This document shows, in pieces, positions 60,305 through 64,000 of a stretch of DNA of 64,000 nucleotides (its first letter is position 1; every line of letters starts with the position of its first letter). This stretch comes from Hemiscyllium ocellatum (lineage: Eukaryota), in assembly GCF_020745735.1 (NCBI RefSeq), contig NW_026867481.1, forward strand, positions 537,291 through 601,290, written 5' to 3'. Position numbers and translations under genes: made by a program. Below the pieces are notes generated by a model, which was not told where the DNA came from, did not search any database, and worked only from the letters and a program-made list of their open reading frames with translations.

Positions 60305-63160
60305 TAGAACATAGAACATAGAAAAATACAGCGCAGTACAGGCCCTTCGGCCCTCGATGTTGCGCCGACCGAAGCCTACCTAACCTACACTAGACCAATA
60401 ACCTCCATATGCTTATCCAATGACCGCTTAAATGACCATAAAGAGGGAGAGTCCACCACTGCTACTGGCAGGGCATTCCAAGAACTCACAACCCGCTGAG
60501 TAAAGAATCTACAGCTAACATCTGTCCTATACCTAACACCCCTTAATTTAAAGCTGTGTTCCCTAGTAACAGCTGACTCCATTAGCGGAAAAAGGTTCTC
60601 ACTGTCAAACCTATCTAAACCCCTAATCATCTTGTACACCTCTATCAAATCTCCCCTAACCCTTCTTTTCTCCAATGAGAACAGCCCCAAATGCCTCAGC
60701 TTTTCCTCATACGATCTTCCTACCATGCCAGGCAACAACCTGGTAAACCTCCCCTGCACCCGTTCCAGTGCCTCCACATCCTTCCTATAGTATGGCGACC
60801 AAAACTGCACACAATACTCCAGATGAGGCCGCACCAGTGTCTTATATAACTGCAACATGACCTCAGGACTGCGGAACTCAATTCCTCTACCAATAAAGCC
60901 CAGTACAGCATATGCCTTCTTCACAGCACTATTTACCTGGGTGGCAACGTTCAGAGATCTGTGTACATGGACACCAAGATCCCTCTGCTCATCCACACTA
61001 CCAAGTAGCCTACCATTAGCCAGTAATCCATCTTCTTGTTTCTCCTACCAAAGTGAATGACTTCACTCTAACCTACATTGAACTCCGTTTGCCACCTTTC
61101 TGCCCAGCTCTGCAACTTATCTACCCCGCTGTAACCTGCCACAGCCTTCTTCACTGTCCACAACTCCACCGACTTTCGTGTCATCCGCAAACATGCTCAC
61201 CCAGTCTTCAAGCCCCTCCTCCACGTCATTTATAAAAATGACAAACAGCAATGGTCCCAAAACAGATCCTTGTGGAACACCGCTAGTAACTGCACTCCCA
61301 GATGAACCTATACCATCAACTACTACCCTCTGTCTCCTTCCAGCCAGCCAATTCCTAATCCAAACCTCTAATGCACCTTCAATGGCATACCTCCGTTGTT
61401 TTTGCATTAGACTGCCATGGGATACCTTATCGAACGCCTTGATAAAATCCATATACACCACATCAACTGTTTTACCTTGGTCCACTTCCTTGGTCACCTT
61501 CTCAAAGAACTCAATAAGGTTTGTGATGCACGACCTGCCCTTCACAAAACCATGCTGACTATCCTTGATCACAGTATTCCTATCCAGATGTTCATAAATC
61601 CTATCCCTTACAATTCTGTCTAAGTCTTTGCCCACAACAGAAGTGAGACTCACTGGCCTAGGGTTACTAAGGCTATCCCTCCTCCCCTTCTTGAACAAGG
61701 GGACCACATTCGCTATCCTCCAGTCTTCTGGCACTATTCCCGTAGACAACGACGACATAAAAATCAAGGCCAATGGCTCCGCTATCTCCTCCCTAGCTTC
61801 CCAGAGGATCCTAGGATAAATGCCATCAGGTCCAGGGGACGTATCTATTTTCATCCTTTCCAGTATTCCCCAGACCTCTCCCCTACATACCTCAAGGCCA
61901 TCCATTCTAATCAAGGCCATCCATTCTAATTTCACTTGTGACTCAATATTCACATCAGCAACAGTGTCCTGTTCCTGAGTGAATACTGATGAAAAGTATT
62001 GATTTAGTGTCTCTCCAATCTCCTCCACCTCCACGTACAACTTCCCACTACTATCCTTGACTGGACCGATACCTACCCTAATCATCCTTTTATTCCTGAC
62101 ACACCTATAGAAAGCCTTTGGGTTTTCCCTAATCCTACCAACTAATGACTTTTCATGTCCCCTTCTCGCTGCTCTTAGCTCTCTGTTTAGATCCTTCCTG
62201 GCTACCTTATAACTCTCAATCGCCCCAACTGAACCTTCACACCTCATCTTTACATAGGCCGCCCTCTTCCCTTTCACAAAGGATTCCAATTCCTATTAAA
62301 CCACGGCTCCCTCACAAGACCCTTTACTCACTGCCTGAATGGTACATACTTATCAAGGACACCTATTAGCTGTTCCTTGAACAATCTCCACGTATCATTT
62401 GTGTTCTTCCCTTGAAGCCTATTTTTCCAATCCACGCATCCTAAGCCATGCCTCACCGCATCATAATTTCCCTGCCCCCAGCTATAACTCTTGCCCTGCA
62501 GTGCACACTTATCCCTCTCCATCACTAGAGTAAAAGTCAACGAGTTGTGGTCACTGTCCACGAAGTGCTCACCTACCTCCAAGTCTATCACCTGACCTGG
62601 TTTATTACCTAGAACCAAATCCAGTATAGCCTCACCTCTTGTTGGCCTGTCTACATATTGTGTCAGGAAACCCTCCTGCACACATTTGACAAACACCGAC
62701 CCATCTAACGAACTCGAGCTATAGCTTTCCCAGTCAATATCTGGGAAGTTAAAGTCCCCCATAACAACCACCCTGCTGCTTTCACTCTTCCCCTGAATCA
62801 TCCTCGCAATAATTTCCTCTACTTCTCTCGGACTATGAGGAGGCCTGTAGAAAACTCCTAACAGGGTGACCTCACCTTTCCTATTTCTAACCTCAGCCTG
62901 CGCGCTTTTATAAGAAAATAAAACCTTCCCAGGTAAGCTAGTGTGACACCAGCTTCCGGGTCCGCTCGGCAGTTAAAAAAAACTATAAATTTTAGCCGTT
63001 AAAAAAACAATAACTGGACTATACCACGACTTTAAAAAAACACCACCAGACAGCCATTACCTTCTCCGCCGAGAGAGTGAGGCCGACGGCTTGGAGCTGC
63101 ACGCTTTTATTAAAAAAAACCTTCCCAGGTAAGCTAGCGCGACACCAGCTTCTGGGTCCG
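60305..63160 (-). mobile_element. Young CR1-type LINE with frameshifted ORF2 (EN C-terminal part, RT, C-terminus) joined to a putative 5' UTR
   Basis: 62328-62801 VVVMGDFNFPDIDW..SDHNSL (APE); 61117-62289 GVPQGSVLGPLLF..FADDTK (RT); 60385-60996 LVRPHLEYCVQFWSPYYRKD; agaacatagaacatag tail at about 60305. Confidence 0.92.
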
Positions 63161-64000
63161 AATGAAATGACCGAGCAAACACAGTAAGCAAGAACGTCAT
63201 TCAGCTAAAATAATAAGAGACTCCGCTCTTTGTCAATTTACCATCCAGGTCTTGATCTTTTTCGGTGATAGAAGGTGAGAATGCCTTAGAATGTTTTGTA
63301 AGGATTAACTGCATTCTTGTATTAATGTTCATCTCAGCGCGCAGTAATGCATTGCAAAGTCAGAGATCTAAGCTTTGTTGAATTCTGAAGGAACTGTTTT
63401 CTTGGTTTCATTCAAATTAGCAGAGCAGTGAACTGAGATATCTGTAGGCTTATCCCCATGAATGGTGCCATATTTCCTCAGCGAATACCTCGGAACTCAT
63501 CTTGGTTTAGACCATTTGAAAAAGGAGGTAAAGTAGCACTGACCGAAACGTATTATTTTTGCTTGAGCAGATGTAGAGTGGATATTCTAGGAGTGATGCA
63601 ACTGGTCCTTACGTAGGACCTTACAGGTTTCAGATGTAAAGGTCAGGAAAGACACCTCTGTGGTAGCATAGAACCTCTTTTCACTGTAGCTCCTTCTCTG
63701 CTAACAGCAGTTTTCTAACTGCTTGCAGAAAGAAACGAAATAGAAAAAAATAACTGAATAGGGAGATCTGGCTTTTCTTCTGCCATTGTTCAAAATAAGT
63801 GTTTTCAGACAAATTAGCACCACTGCCTCTCTGATCCCTCTTGAAAAAGGAGAACATAACCTCGTTAAAGGCGATGCATCATCACAGCTATCCATATGTT
63901 ATTGTGAGGATAAAGGCAGAATCCCGAACGCAGCAGGCACTTCAAGAAAAGCAAAACGTGGAGAAGCAAAAAGTGCAGTACCATCTCAGTTGATCTGGCA

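Overview
Repeat-rich vertebrate DNA that looks like part of a cartilaginous-fish (shark) T-cell receptor alpha/delta locus; the taxon is inferred from NAR-TCR segments, HE1-type SINEs and CR1/Penelope repeats. On the minus strand are two NAR-TCR-type cassettes (IgNAR-like V, D, J, then a leaderless supporting Vdelta). The one at 29.6-34.2 kb has an intact leader, V, 12-D-12 and 23-J, but its supporting V carries Cys23->Trp. The one at 1.7-5.7 kb is decayed. A conventional TCR V pseudogene lies at 17.8-18.2 kb. The most unusual feature is that both supporting V segments are followed by four head-to-tail 23-RSS units at about 60 bp period instead of a single RSS. Interleaved with the TCR segments is a birth-and-death array of two-exon GPR139/GPR142-like class A GPCR genes: two intact 326-aa genes and several relics. 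There is also a tandem pair of intron-containing tRNA-Pro(CGG)-like sequences present in only one copy of a local duplication, Penelope-like elements with hammerhead-ribozyme motifs, and many CR1-type LINE fragments. All alignments were done by eye; repeat and relic boundaries are approximate.
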